Assembly (NCBI GenBank): GCA_963847625.1
Contig: CAWKAR010000039.1
Span: forward strand, 96,001 to 160,000
DNA: 64,000 nt
Source: a candidate division FCPU426 bacterium
GTDB lineage: Bacteria > Oederibacteriota > Muellerivitia > Muellerivitales > Muellerivitaceae
Direction: 5' to 3'
Position numbers and translations under genes: made by a program
Shown: positions 1-10,776 of the stretch, in pieces
Layout of the letters: each line of letters starts with the position of its first letter
Numbering within the stretch: position 1 is the first letter of the stretch
Notes under the pieces: generated by a model
The model's input: the letters and a program-made list of their open reading frames with translations, nothing else
Databases searched by the model: none
Told to the model about the DNA's origin: nothing

Positions 1-1085
1 ATTACGACAGCATGCATGACTGCCTCGTCAAACTGGATATCCTAGGCCATGACAACCCCACCAGCCTCAGGCGGCTCGAGAACATGACAGGCGTTTCACC
101 TGCCAAAATTCCCTTGAACGACGCTAAGACCATGAGCCTTTTTTCCGGCATCCAAGCGCTTGGCTTGAGGGAAAAAATCGATAAGGACCTGGGCACCCTG
201 GGCGTACCCGAATTCGGGACATTTTTCGCCATGGACATGCTTCGGGATACCCGGCCCACGAAATTCGAAGAATTAGTAAGACTTTCTGGCCTAGCTCACG
301 GTACAAACGTTTGGCTGGGTAACGCCCAGAATTTGATCAAGAAAGGCACTGCGGGCCTATCAACGGTCATCTCTACACGCGACGATATGCTGAACGACCT
401 GAGAGCCCGGAAAATGGATGAGGCTTTGGCTTTCAAAATCATGGAGTCGGTGAGAAGAGGGAAAGGATTGACAGCCGATTTTGAAAGTGCCATGGCGGAA
501 GCCAATACGCCCGCTTGGTACGTGGAAAGTTGTAGGAAAATCAAGTATATCTTCCCGAAGGCCCACGCCGTGGCTTATTGCATCATGAGTTTTAAGATTG
601 CTTGGTTCAAGGTTCACCATCCCCTGGCCTTTTATGCGGACTATTTCACCAACAAGAGCTTCGGCTTCGACGCTACCGTCGCCTGTGATGGGATCAGCCG
701 GGTCAAGGACCGAATCAAGCATATCCAGTCCATCGAGAAACCTACGGCAAAAGAATTGGACGAGTCCTCCGTGTTGGAAGTGGCCGAGGAAACTTACGCC
801 CGGGGTTTTCGTTTCCTCCCGGTGGATCTCTACCAGTCCACTAGCCGAACCTTTCAAATCGAGGAGCAATCGGGGGAAAAAATGCTCCGCCCACCGTTGA
901 TTTGCTTGCCCGGCTTGGGAGAGACCGCCGCAGAAGCCATTGTAGAGGAACGCAAAAAGGGTGCCTTTAATTCGGTGGAAGACCTCCAACAGCAATGTAG
1001 CGTGAATAAAAATGTGGTGGAAATCCTCAAAACCCATGGCTGCCTGAAGAATATTCCAGATACCAAACAAGTTTTGCTTTTTTAG
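1..1085 (+). CDS. polC: DNA polymerase III PolC-type, C-terminal part (5' truncated by window)
   Basis: KLDILGHDNPT, GTLGVPEFGT, SGLAHGTNVW and YIFPKAHAVAY are PolC signatures; lies upstream of rimP-nusA. Confidence 0.95.
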   Translation, partial: YDSMHDCLVKLDILGHDNPTSLRRLENMTGVSPAKIPLNDAKTMSLFSGIQALGLREKIDKDLGTLGVPEFGTFFAMDMLRDTRPTKFEELVRLSGLAHGTNVWLGNAQNLIKKGTAGLSTVISTRDDMLNDLRARKMDEALAFKIMESVRRGKGLTADFESAMAEANTPAWYVESCRKIKYIFPKAHAVAYCIMSFKIAWFKVHHPLAFYADYFTNKSFGFDATVACDGISRVKDRIKHIQSIEKPTAKELDESSVLEVAEETYARGFRFLPVDLYQSTSRTFQIEEQSGEKMLRPPLICLPGLGETAAEAIVEERKKGAFNSVEDLQQQCSVNKNVVEILKTHGCLKNIPDTKQVLLF

Positions 1086-1473
1086 AAACGGAAAGCTTGA
1101 AATATTTCCTTGGCCTGTTTGGTTTTCTATTCTTATTTGGGTTATAAGAACTTTATAACCGGTTGCTCAGACCCCGCCTACGGCAACTTGGCTGAATTAC
1201 TTCAGGGAAGTAAAATTGTTCTCCGGATTTGATCTGATAGGGGTGAAGAAGCAAAATGAAGAGTGATTCCTTGATAAAAACGGCTTCTTTTGAATCGCGA
1301 TTTTTATAGGGATATTGATTTTGCCATGTTCATTGGAAGTTTACTATCTTTTTGGACCCTACCATCAAATTTGGAAGATTCCCAATTCTCATTGAGTTAA
1401 TCTCAAGTCCGTTGAATTTTACAAAACCTATGGAGTCTTAAAGGAAAAAACCAGGATAGCGGGGGATGGAGCC

Positions 1474-2118
1474 TTGCTTTTTGATTTGCTTCCCGCCGTT
1501 TCGGATCAAACCCTAGTGATTACTTGTCACCCGTTCGACGCAGCCCATAATCCCCATTTAAAGTTCGAGAACGTCCATTGGACGGCCCTATTAATGAATA
1601 TCAATTGTGAACCATTTCACTGCCAGCGTTTTCCGGAGGGACAGTGGATAAATCTTTCGGAGGAGTTGCCGTCTTTTCTGGAAGGCGGAGTTTTGGAAAT
1701 TATCCCGGTCTTGCCCGGAAATAAAGAAACGTTGGGAGGATTTTTTTACGCAAACCAGGCTAGCCAGAAGATAACCAATTTGATCATGCAACATCGTTGG
1801 AACACTTTCCAGGAAGATATTCTTCAAGACCTTGAAAAAATTTATCCTTTCTTTCGAAACGATCCATTCCTTGAAACCTGTTTTTGGGACAAAGTTTTTT
1901 TCCATTCCCAAAAGGATCATTTAGATCAGCAATCTTTTCATGATATCGAAAGGGCTTTAAAATTCGGATATCCCGCGGCAAACCTTTTTTACAGTCAGGG
2001 AATCTATTTTTATCGGTTTGGATTTATCAAGAAAGCCATCTCATCCCTTGAGGCGGCATCACGCCTTCCGGTGAATAGGACGCCTGCGCAACAATTTTTT
2101 GGATGTATTGAAAAGTAA
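1474..2118 (+). CDS. hypothetical protein with C-terminal TPR-like helix; possibly the remnant of a longer degraded gene
   Basis: 214-aa AT-rich ORF with weak TTG start; TPR-like LFYSQGIYFYRFGFIKKAISSLEAA; upstream 1100-1470 has only short ORFs. Confidence 0.45.
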   Translation: MLFDLLPAVSDQTLVITCHPFDAAHNPHLKFENVHWTALLMNINCEPFHCQRFPEGQWINLSEELPSFLEGGVLEIIPVLPGNKETLGGFFYANQASQKITNLIMQHRWNTFQEDILQDLEKIYPFFRNDPFLETCFWDKVFFHSQKDHLDQQSFHDIERALKFGYPAANLFYSQGIYFYRFGFIKKAISSLEAASRLPVNRTPAQQFFGCIEK

Positions 2119-2288
2119 ATGCCATTAAAACTTTTTATTTTCAGCGGTTGTTGCATAAATCTGTTTTATTGTAGCTTCGATAGAGTTTTGAGTATTAAAA
2201 GTATCGTGTTTTGGCTTGATTTTAGGGCTTTCCCCTTGCCAGAACCCTTTGTTTTTGCTAAAACATAAGAGTTAATTAAGGCTGTCCC

Positions 2289-2441
2289 AAAAAGTGGGTC
2301 CCTTTCATGGCCCGCTTTTTTTTTCATCAAATAGGTGTTTGTTAGGAATGTGACAGGGTATTTCCGGAAGGGGGTTAACTCCATCCGGAAATACGTTATT
2401 AGGTTAGCTTAAAGTTCATTCAGAACGGCCGCAAGGCCGTT
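2289..2441 (+). promoter_or_regulatory. structured rimP-nusA leader with terminator/attenuator-like hairpin
   Basis: AAGTGGGTC...GGCCCGCTT followed by a T-run (2289-2324); hairpins GTATTTCCGGA/TCCGGAAATAC (2358-2394) and AACGGCC-GCAA-GGCCGTT (2424-2441). Confidence 0.6.
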
Positions 2442-2466
2442 TGTCGTTTATAGGGATGGAAATGGC

Positions 2467-2940
2467 ATGAGTTTTTTGGACGAATTTGGGCGTGCTCAAC
2501 TCAAAGCCATTGCGGAGGAGGTTGTTAAGGAAAACTTTTTAGTACTTTTCGATTTTCGGGTCCGTCCCCAGGGATCAAAACTGGTTCTAACCTTGGTGGT
2601 TGACAAGAAAATTGGTGAAATTTCGGTCGGGGATTGCGAGATCGTCAGCAGGGAAATGGAAAAAAGGCTGGACGAAATGGACATCATCCAGACTCCTTAC
2701 CTTCTAGAAGTTTCTTCCCCTGGAATGGACCGTCCCTTGTTGAATTTGAGTGATTGCGAACGTTTCAAGGGCCGCTTGGCCCAATTTATTCTCAAGGAGC
2801 CCTGGGAGGGTTTGTTGACCTTCCAAGGCAGGCTGAATGGGGTTCGGGAGGGGAAAGTAGACCTTTTAGTAGGCAAAGAAAGGATCCTTTGTTTACCGTT
2901 CGATAGGGTTAAAACTGCCCATTTGGTTGTTGAAATATAA
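2467..2940 (+). CDS. rimP: ribosome maturation factor RimP
   Basis: YLLEVSSPGMDRPL motif; upstream of nusA. Confidence 0.96.
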   Translation: MSFLDEFGRAQLKAIAEEVVKENFLVLFDFRVRPQGSKLVLTLVVDKKIGEISVGDCEIVSREMEKRLDEMDIIQTPYLLEVSSPGMDRPLLNLSDCERFKGRLAQFILKEPWEGLLTFQGRLNGVREGKVDLLVGKERILCLPFDRVKTAHLVVEI

Positions 2941-2968
2941 GACTGAATGATTTAGAGGGGTTGGAGCC

Positions 2969-4288
2969 ATGAGCAACGAATTGGCCTTGGTGATGAGCCA
3001 AATCGAGCACACCAAGCGCATTGACAAAAAAAAACTAGTCGAAGCGATACAGGCTGCCTTGTCTTCCGCAGCAAAAAAGATATTTGGCATCGGCCAGGAG
3101 GTTGAAGTCGAATTCGACGAGACTAATTATGAATTCATCGCCTATTACCTCAAGGAAGTTGTCGAAAAAGTTGAGGAACCCGGCATCCAGATCACCCTTG
3201 AGGATGCGCGCAAATATAAAACCGACGCTCAATTGAATGAGGTCGTCAAGATCCGTATCCCATCCGATCAGTTCGGCCGGATCGCGGCCCAAACCGCCAA
3301 GCAGGTCATCGTTCAGCGCGTCCAAGACGCTGAGCGTCAGAGCGTCTACGACCAGTTTAAGGATAAGGAGGGTGAGCTCATCACGGGGAGCGTACTGCGT
3401 TACGAAGGGCGTAACGTCATTATTTCCTTTGGAGACGCGGAAGCCCTGATTCCAGCCAAGGAACAGGTTCCGCGCGAGCGCTATTCCACGGGTGAGCGAA
3501 TGAAATTCCTCGTGCTGGAGGTTCGCAAGACGCTGAAGGGCCCTTCCATCATCGTCAGCCGGGCCCATCCCAATCTGGTGCGAAAATTATTCGAGTTGGA
3601 AGTGCCGGAAATTTACGAAGGAGCGGTTAAGATTGAAAGCGTGGCCCGTGAGGCCGGCGCCCGTACCAAGATTTCGGTCCGGGTAGTGAATGACGATCGC
3701 ATTGATGCAGTCGGGGCTTGCGTTGGCGTCAAGGGCATTCGCGTTCAAAACATCGTTGATGAGATCCGAGGGGAGAAGGTGGATATCGTTCGTTGGGACG
3801 CGGAACCACACGCCTATCTTTCCAACGCCTTATCTCCAGCGAAAATCGCCCGCATCGTTTTTCATCCAGAGATACCCTCGGCGGAGGTCATCGTTCCAAA
3901 TGACCAATTGTCCTTGGCCATCGGCAAAAAGGGCCAAAACGCCCGCCTAGCGGCTCGTCTTACCGGCATCAAAATCGACATTAAAAACGAGGAACAATAC
4001 GCCCAGGAGGAAAGGGCGCGCATGGACGCTCATTTCCAGGAAGTCTCCCAGGAAACGGCCGCTGCTATCTCCGGGGCCAAGGTGGACGCCCCTTCGGCCG
4101 AAGCTGCGGCGGCATTGACCATAGATGAAAAAAAAGATGCGCCGCCCGATGAAATTGATGAGGGATCGGTTAAGGCCGAAGACCCCCCCCTGATTCCATT
4201 GCTCACGCGTGATATGGACGGCATGCCATCGATCCCGCCCTCGCCGGATGTACCCGCGGACACCAGCGTCAAAACTGATCAGGAGTGA
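2969..4288 (+). CDS. nusA: transcription termination/antitermination factor NusA
   Basis: FGRIAAQTAKQVI, AREAGARTKI, LSLAIGKKGQNARLAARLTG. Confidence 0.98.
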   Translation: MSNELALVMSQIEHTKRIDKKKLVEAIQAALSSAAKKIFGIGQEVEVEFDETNYEFIAYYLKEVVEKVEEPGIQITLEDARKYKTDAQLNEVVKIRIPSDQFGRIAAQTAKQVIVQRVQDAERQSVYDQFKDKEGELITGSVLRYEGRNVIISFGDAEALIPAKEQVPRERYSTGERMKFLVLEVRKTLKGPSIIVSRAHPNLVRKLFELEVPEIYEGAVKIESVAREAGARTKISVRVVNDDRIDAVGACVGVKGIRVQNIVDEIRGEKVDIVRWDAEPHAYLSNALSPAKIARIVFHPEIPSAEVIVPNDQLSLAIGKKGQNARLAARLTGIKIDIKNEEQYAQEERARMDAHFQEVSQETAAAISGAKVDAPSAEAAAALTIDEKKDAPPDEIDEGSVKAEDPPLIPLLTRDMDGMPSIPPSPDVPADTSVKTDQE

Positions 4289-4300
4289 ATATAAACCCAT

Positions 4301-6589
4301 ATGGGAAAAAGACTTTTTGAATTTGCCAAAGAATTGGGCCTTTCCAGCCGAGAAGTTTTGGAACGCTGCAAGAAACTGGGTTTTTCCATACCCAGCCAAT
4401 TGACGGTGGTGGATGAGAAAATCCAGTCCGATATTCGACGCGACTTGGGCATGGCTGATTTAAGCACCGCCACCAGCCATTCCCCAGCAACCACCCCGGC
4501 GGCCGTAAAGCCAGCTCACGGAAAAACGCGGACGTTGACCGCGCGCCCGGCGAATGTGGAGACTTCCTCCAAGACCCAATCAAAAACACCATCCACACTC
4601 ACATCGCCAACTGCCACCTATCCCTCCTTGAAAACCGGACAGGGTAAAGCAGGACTTCGTAAATCCTCCTCGGCATCGAGAAAAAGTTCAGGACCAAAAC
4701 CCCTGCCAAAAGGGCATGGACTCGCGGCCGGACGGCCCAAAACTATTACCGCGTCCATTGCTAAAGAGGAAATTCCAGAGGAAAAGGCCAAATCCGAAGG
4801 CCAGGCTGAAAACGTTGAAACAGTGGAACCCAAGGTTCTCACTAAAATCAAGATTACTGAAGGAATAACCGTTTCAGAACTGGCCCAAAAATTGAACGTC
4901 AAAGCCGGGGTACTCATCAAGGAACTCATGGATCTCAAGATCCTGGCAACGATCAACCAACGTTTGGATATTACGGTGGCTGAAACCTTGTCTTCCGCGC
5001 ATGATGCGGTAGTGGAAGTGGTTCCCCTTTACGGCGCGGAAATGTTCCGCGATGAACCTGATGACCCTAAGGATCTCATGCCTCGTTCCCCCGTTGTGAC
5101 GATCATGGGACACGTCGATCATGGGAAGACTCTTCTGCTGGATTCCATCCGCAAGACCAAAGTGGCAGAGGGAGAAGCCGGAGGCATCACACAGCATATC
5201 GGCGCTTACCAGGTGAAACATGAAAAGGGCACTATCACTTTCCTGGATACGCCAGGTCACGAAGCTTTCACCCTGATGAGGGCCCGTGGAGCCAAGGCCA
5301 CAGATATCGTGGTGCTGGTGGTGGCCGCAGACGACGGTGTCATGCCCCAAACCCTCGAGGCTATCGATCATGCCAGGGAAGCGAAAGTGCCCATTTTGGT
5401 GGCGGTCAATAAAATCGACAAGCCTGAAGCCAACCCTGATCGGGTAAAAAACCAACTTGCGGAACGTGGACTCGTACCCGAGGAATGGGGAGGAACAAAC
5501 ATTTTCGTGGAAGTCTCCGCTAAGAAACGCCTGAACCTCGATAAACTCCTAGACATGATTCTCCTGCAAGCCGAAATTCTTGAACTCAAAGCCAATCCCC
5601 ATCGTTCAGGAAAAGGCGTCGTCCTGGAGGCCCGATTGGAAAAGGATAGCGGCCCCGTGGCTACTCTCCTCGTTGAAAAGGGAACTCTTAAGATCGGGGA
5701 TAACCTTTTGGCCGGAAGCACCTACGGCCGTGTAAAAGCCATGCAGGATGATTTGGGAAAATCCATTAAAAGCGCTGGGCCCACTATGCCGGTGGAAGTT
5801 TTGGGCCTTTCCGATGTGCCCCAGGCCGGGGATATGTTCTATGTTATGACCGACCCTAAGGTCGCCAGGGAAATTTCCACCCGACGCGCTGAGGCCTTAA
5901 AGGACAATCGTCTCGTGGGAGCCATGAAACATATCACCCTTGACAACCTTTTCGAGCAGATAAAGGAAGGCCAGATTAAAGAACTCAAAGTCATTGTGAA
6001 AGCCGATGTCCAAGGGTCTGTGGAAGCCCTGACTTCTTCCTTGGAAAAACTGTCTACCGAAAAAGTATCCCTCCGCGTGATCCACAGCGGAACCGGCAAC
6101 ATCGTCAACTCGGATATATTACTGGCTTCCGCTTCCAACGCCATCGTGGTCGGCTTCAACGTCCAAGCGGATCCAACCTCCAAAAGCACCGCTGAAAAAG
6201 AGGACGTGGATGTTCGTATCTATAGGATCATCTATGACGCTGTGGAAGATGTCCGCAAGGCCATGGAGGGGCTCTTGGAACCGACGCTCCGCCAAGTCTC
6301 CATCGGGAAGGCCGAAGTCAGGCAGCTTTTCAAGACTTCCAAAGGTGTCGTAGCCGGTTGCATGGTTATTTCCGGAAAGATCAGCAATAAAGCCAAGATC
6401 AAGATCCTCCGCGGTGAGGAGATGGTCCATGAAGGGTCCGTATCCTCGCTCAAGCGTTTTAAAGACGATGTTAAGGAAGTTGGCACGGGTTTTGAATGCG
6501 GAATCGTTCTGGAGACTTTTGAGGATTTCCAAGTTGGGGATCAAGTGGATGCCTATATCCTGGAATCGGTCGCTCAAAAACTCAACTGA
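4301..6589 (+). CDS. infB: translation initiation factor IF-2
   Basis: [16 protein letters not shown] and NKID GTPase motifs; IF-2 C-terminus [12 protein letters not shown]. Confidence 0.98.
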   Translation: MGKRLFEFAKELGLSSREVLERCKKLGFSIPSQLTVVDEKIQSDIRRDLGMADLSTATSHSPATTPAAVKPAHGKTRTLTARPANVETSSKTQSKTPSTLTSPTATYPSLKTGQGKAGLRKSSSASRKSSGPKPLPKGHGLAAGRPKTITASIAKEEIPEEKAKSEGQAENVETVEPKVLTKIKITEGITVSELAQKLNVKAGVLIKELMDLKILATINQRLDITVAETLSSAHDAVVEVVPLYGAEMFRDEPDDPKDLMPRSPVVTIMGHVDHGKTLLLDSIRKTKVAEGEAGGITQHIGAYQVKHEKGTITFLDTPGHEAFTLMRARGAKATDIVVLVVAADDGVMPQTLEAIDHAREAKVPILVAVNKIDKPEANPDRVKNQLAERGLVPEEWGGTNIFVEVSAKKRLNLDKLLDMILLQAEILELKANPHRSGKGVVLEARLEKDSGPVATLLVEKGTLKIGDNLLAGSTYGRVKAMQDDLGKSIKSAGPTMPVEVLGLSDVPQAGDMFYVMTDPKVAREISTRRAEALKDNRLVGAMKHITLDNLFEQIKEGQIKELKVIVKADVQGSVEALTSSLEKLSTEKVSLRVIHSGTGNIVNSDILLASASNAIVVGFNVQADPTSKSTAEKEDVDVRIYRIIYDAVEDVRKAMEGLLEPTLRQVSIGKAEVRQLFKTSKGVVAGCMVISGKISNKAKIKILRGEEMVHEGSVSSLKRFKDDVKEVGTGFECGIVLETFEDFQVGDQVDAYILESVAQKLN

Positions 6590-6683
6590 CGGCAAGCTTG
6601 ATGATGAAAACATTGTTTATTTTGCCGTTAAATTGGCGATTTGAAAATTTCCTAAAACTAAAAAATCAAAGAGGGATTTATAT

Positions 6684-6965
6684 TTGGTCATCGGCCTTTT
6701 ACGGGTTGATTTGCATTTTCCCGAAAGCAGTTCGCTTAAATCCAAACGGTTCATCCTTAAAAGCCTGACGGACCGTCTACGCAGGCATTTCAATGTCAGC
6801 GTGTCGGAAGTGGAATACCAGGATCTTTGGCAAAGGTCTGTTATGGGGATTGTCACCATCAACACGGATCGGAGAAATGCCGATTCCACCCTCTCCAAGG
6901 TGTTGGACATCCTGGAAAACGAAAGGGAGTTGCAGGTCTTGGGTGTTCAGACCGAATTCCTTTAA
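6684..6965 (+). CDS. DUF503 (YlxP) family protein
   Basis: SLKSKR...FNVSVSEV..QDLWQRS pattern; typical position between infB and rbfA. Confidence 0.9.
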   Translation: MVIGLLRVDLHFPESSSLKSKRFILKSLTDRLRRHFNVSVSEVEYQDLWQRSVMGIVTINTDRRNADSTLSKVLDILENERELQVLGVQTEFL

Positions 6966-7071
6966 AATCTTAATTCAACCAGATGTTTGACTTGGTGGAG
7001 TTCCCGGAAAACCTCAAGTTGGTGTTAAATTCAGGTAAGAATTGAAAATCGAGAATGAAGCAGGTGTCGTT

Positions 7072-7437
7072 ATGAGTTTTAAGCGGGCGAACCGGGTGTC
7101 GGAAGCTATCAAACGGGAAATCAGTTTGATGCTGACCCGGGAAGTCAAAGATCCGGGAATCCACTTCGTGACAGTGACTGCGGTGGAAGTCTCCGATGAC
7201 CTGCGTAACGCGAAAATTTACGTTTCTGTCCTAGGAGACGAAAATACCAGGAACGAATCCTTGGCGGGCCTGGAAAGGGCCAAGGGTTTCCTAAGGGGCG
7301 AGATCGGTCATCGCCTGCGATTGCGTTATGTTCCCGAAATCCTCTTCTTCCTCGACAAGTCCCTGGACCATGCTTTTAAGATCAAGGGGATATTGGAAAG
7401 TTTGAAGCCAAAGGAAAACCCGGACAATGAATCATAA
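7072..7437 (+). CDS. rbfA: ribosome-binding factor A
   Basis: RANRVSEAIKREIS, VTAVEVSDDLRNAKIYVS, LRLRYVPEILF. Confidence 0.96.
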   Translation: MSFKRANRVSEAIKREISLMLTREVKDPGIHFVTVTAVEVSDDLRNAKIYVSVLGDENTRNESLAGLERAKGFLRGEIGHRLRLRYVPEILFFLDKSLDHAFKIKGILESLKPKENPDNES

Positions 7438-8443
7438 AGATAAAACCAAATTGGCGCCATTGAACCCGAAGGTTCGACATGCTGATTCCTTGGGCCAAGT
7501 GGTCCGACTCATCAAAATACACAAAACCTTTTTAATTACCACACACCTCAATCCCGACGGGGACGGATTGGGTTCCGAGTCGGCTCTCTTTCAGGCATTG
7601 AAGAAAATGAGAAAGAAAGTCATGGTTGTCAACCACGACCCCCTTCCTGGACGGTTTGAGTATCTCGTCTTCCAAAAGCATTATCGGACCGCGGACACCC
7701 TTCCCCCCCTTGAGGTTTGCTTCACCTTGGACGCTAGTGATTTATCGAGAATCCGTAATGGGATCAAGCGGGAAGATTTCGGAATTATCGTCAACATCGA
7801 CCACCATTATTTCAACGGTTATTTCGGGGATTATAACCTGGTTTTTCCCGGAGCTTCGGCTACAGGTGAGATCGTATACCGATTGATCCGAGCTTTGAAT
7901 ATTAAAATCGATCGGGGCATCGCAGAAAGTATCTATACTTCTATCTCCACCGATACGGGAGGGTTCCGATATTCCAACACCAGTCCCCAAATTTTGCGGT
8001 TAGCCGCGGAGTTAGTGGAGGCGGGCGCCAAGCCGCAAAAAATCAATGACAGGATTTTCGCCGATTACAGCCGAGAGGCGCTGGAACTCATCCGTTTGTC
8101 CCTGGGGAATGTTCAAACTCACATGGGCGGGCGGCTCGCTTCCATGACTTTGTCCAAAGAAGAGTTGAAAAAAACGGGCGCGTCCAAGGACGACACGGAA
8201 AACTTGATCAATTTTCTCCGAATTCTCCAAGACGTGAAGGTTGCTTTTTTCCTCCATGAACTCCAGGATGGTCGAATTAAATTATCCCTTCGGTCCGGCG
8301 CGGGCGTGAATGTGGCCGTCATCGCCAAGGCATTCGGCGGGGGTGGCCACAGCTATGCGGCCGGGGCGCTTATATCTGGGCCAATGGAAAAGGCTTTTCG
8401 GCGGGTTTTCGGGGCATGCCGGTCGGCCTTGAAGCCAAGCTGA
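7427..8443 (+). CDS. nrnA: DHH/DHHA1 family bifunctional oligoribonuclease/PAP phosphatase
   Basis: HLNPDGDGLGS, IDHH, DTGGF and GGGGHSYAAG motifs. Confidence 0.92.
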   Translation: MNHKDKTKLAPLNPKVRHADSLGQVVRLIKIHKTFLITTHLNPDGDGLGSESALFQALKKMRKKVMVVNHDPLPGRFEYLVFQKHYRTADTLPPLEVCFTLDASDLSRIRNGIKREDFGIIVNIDHHYFNGYFGDYNLVFPGASATGEIVYRLIRALNIKIDRGIAESIYTSISTDTGGFRYSNTSPQILRLAAELVEAGAKPQKINDRIFADYSREALELIRLSLGNVQTHMGGRLASMTLSKEELKKTGASKDDTENLINFLRILQDVKVAFFLHELQDGRIKLSLRSGAGVNVAVIAKAFGGGGHSYAAGALISGPMEKAFRRVFGACRSALKPS

Positions 8444-8463
8444 TTCGGGACAATCGCCGAAAC

Positions 8464-9345
8464 ATGAACGGTATCTTAAACCTGAACAAGCCTGCCTCAC
8501 ACACTTCGCATGATGTGGTAGCGCTCACACGCGGGATAATAAAAGAACGTCGTATCGGGCATTTGGGGACCTTGGATCCTATGGCAACCGGAGTTCTTCC
8601 CTTGGCCATCGGCATTGCCACCCGGCTCATTGAGTTCACCTCTTTTACCAAGGAATACGTGGCGACGTGCCTTTTGGGCCGAACCACCGACAGCTGCGAC
8701 GTGACTGGGAAAATCCTGCAGGAAAAGCCGACAGAATTCCTTTCGGAAATTAACGTGAGGGAAGAAACGGGCCGCCTGCGATCAGTTACCCAACAAGTTC
8801 CCCCCATGGTATCCGCGGTAAAAAAAGGCGGCCAAAAGTTATACGAATTAGCCCGCAAGGGGATCAAGGTGGAACGGGAAGCCCGGCCGGTTCAAATTAA
8901 TGATGTGGAAGTTCTCCAAATCAAAATTCCACGGGTTACTTTTCGAATTTCTTGTTCTGCGGGAACCTACGTGCGGGTGCTTTGCCTCAGCCTCGGAGAA
9001 ACGTTGGGTGTGGGAGGGTGCTTGGAAAGTCTTGAACGAACCCGGGTCGGGCCTTTGTCCCTCCGGGATGCCCTAAACCTTGACGAGATTAAACAAAAAG
9101 CGAGAAATAATACTTTATCAGATGTATTGTCCCCGCCTAGTTTGTTGGTCCAACACCTGCCGGAATTCATCCTGGAGGGGAAAGACCTTTCCGACTTCTG
9201 CCGCGGAAGGGAGCTTTCTTTTTCATGCCTACCAGGTTTCTATAGGATATTGAACCGGCATGGATTGCTTTGCGCCATCGGAGTGGTCCGGAACGATGAG
9301 CGATTAAAACCAAAAAAAGTTTTCGGCGAGGAAGGAATCCTTTGA
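8464..9345 (+). CDS. truB: tRNA pseudouridine(55) synthase
   Basis: GHLGTLDPMATGVL, PPMVSAVK, CSAGTYVR. Confidence 0.96.
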   Translation: MNGILNLNKPASHTSHDVVALTRGIIKERRIGHLGTLDPMATGVLPLAIGIATRLIEFTSFTKEYVATCLLGRTTDSCDVTGKILQEKPTEFLSEINVREETGRLRSVTQQVPPMVSAVKKGGQKLYELARKGIKVEREARPVQINDVEVLQIKIPRVTFRISCSAGTYVRVLCLSLGETLGVGGCLESLERTRVGPLSLRDALNLDEIKQKARNNTLSDVLSPPSLLVQHLPEFILEGKDLSDFCRGRELSFSCLPGFYRILNRHGLLCAIGVVRNDERLKPKKVFGEEGIL

Positions 9346-10244
9346 AACGACGTCCATCCATCGTAGCTACCATTGGCGTTTTTGACGGAGTACATCTCGG
9401 ACACCAAGCCCTCATCCGCGAGACGGTCAAAATGGCCCGGCGGCTTCATGCGAAGCCCGTGGTCTTTACCTTCAGGGATCATCCCTTACATGCTTTGCGA
9501 GGCGGGCCCCGGATTCCATTCCTGCTTCCCAGGGAGGAAACATTCCGCCTCTTGAAAAAGTCAGGTTTGGGGGAAGTCCATATCCTTTCCTTCACCCTGG
9601 CTTTTTCTCACCAGAACCCGGAACAGTTTATCCAATGGCTTAAAAAAACCTGGTGTTTGAAAGGAATCGTGGTGGGGAAGAACTTCAGGTTTGGGCGCAA
9701 CGCCCGGGGCGACGCAAAACTGCTGAAATGCCTTGGAAAGGAAGTCGGCTTTGAGGTGAAAGTGTTAAAGGCTGTTCGAGTCCGAGGACAGGTCGTTTCC
9801 TCAAGTCGCATTCGACGGCTTTTGGCTGAGGGAAAAACCGGATTAGCCAATCGGATGTTGGGTAGGGCCTATACCGTTTCTGGAGAGGTTGTGCATGGCA
9901 AACACGTAGGTCATAAGATAGGGTTTCCCACGGCCAACTTAAGCTACATTTGTGAATTTCTTCCCAGAGATGGAGTATATGCCTGCAGGGTTGAACTAGG
10001 CGGAAAGTCTTTCAGGGCAGGAATGAACCTTGGAAAGCGGCCGACCTTTAAAGATGATGATCACCATCGTCAGGCTGAGGTTCATATACTTCATTACGGG
10101 GGTAAACTATACGGAAGAAAAATGAAGATTTTTCTTCTGGAGTATCTTCGCCCTGAAATCAAGTTCAAATCATCCGCTCTTTTAGCCCGTCAGATCCAAA
10201 GGGATTTAGTAAGGGTCAAAAAAACCCTTCTCCTCCCGTTGTAA
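9342..10244 (+). CDS. ribF: bifunctional riboflavin kinase/FAD synthetase
   Basis: GVFDGVHLGHQ, VSSSRIR, IGFPTAN. Confidence 0.96.
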   Translation: MKRRPSIVATIGVFDGVHLGHQALIRETVKMARRLHAKPVVFTFRDHPLHALRGGPRIPFLLPREETFRLLKKSGLGEVHILSFTLAFSHQNPEQFIQWLKKTWCLKGIVVGKNFRFGRNARGDAKLLKCLGKEVGFEVKVLKAVRVRGQVVSSSRIRRLLAEGKTGLANRMLGRAYTVSGEVVHGKHVGHKIGFPTANLSYICEFLPRDGVYACRVELGGKSFRAGMNLGKRPTFKDDDHHRQAEVHILHYGGKLYGRKMKIFLLEYLRPEIKFKSSALLARQIQRDLVRVKKTLLLPL

Positions 10245-10472
10245 GTCGTATAAAAGCCCAGGGGAATCAATCTCCCACGTGAGTCATATGCCTTTACACC
10301 CCGGGGCAAAGCCCCTAGAATACTGCCCTTGCGCCTAAGGTTTTGAGCGCGGGTCCGAACTCCAGAAGCCGGGGGTGGGCGGGTTTTGATCCCTTTCTCG
10401 GCGTCCGTTCACTCAAACGGCCGCTTGGATGAGGGGGAACCTAGTAAAAATTATTTTGAGGAGTACCATGCC

Positions 10473-10739
10473 ATGATGACGAAGGAAAAGAAAACACAGC
10501 TTATCCAGGATTTCAAGCTAAAGGAAGGGGACACGGGTTCCCCGGATGTCCAGATCGCGCTCGTCACTGAGCGCATCAAGTATTTAAACGAGCATTTCAA
10601 ATCCCATCCCAAGGATCACGCTTCTCGCCGGGGCCTTTTGAAACTCGTCGGCCAACGGCGCCGTCTTTTAGACTACCTAAAAAAATGCGACGTGAAGCGT
10701 TATGCCGCCCTCTTGGATCGCTTGGGCCTGCGCAAATAA
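10473..10739 (+). CDS. rpsO: 30S ribosomal protein S15
   Basis: [10 protein letters not shown]...[29 protein letters not shown]. Confidence 0.98.
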   Translation: MMTKEKKTQLIQDFKLKEGDTGSPDVQIALVTERIKYLNEHFKSHPKDHASRRGLLKLVGQRRRLLDYLKKCDVKRYAALLDRLGLRK

Positions 10740-10776
10740 TCCTAAATCAACTATAACTTATAGAGGAGGAATTAAC

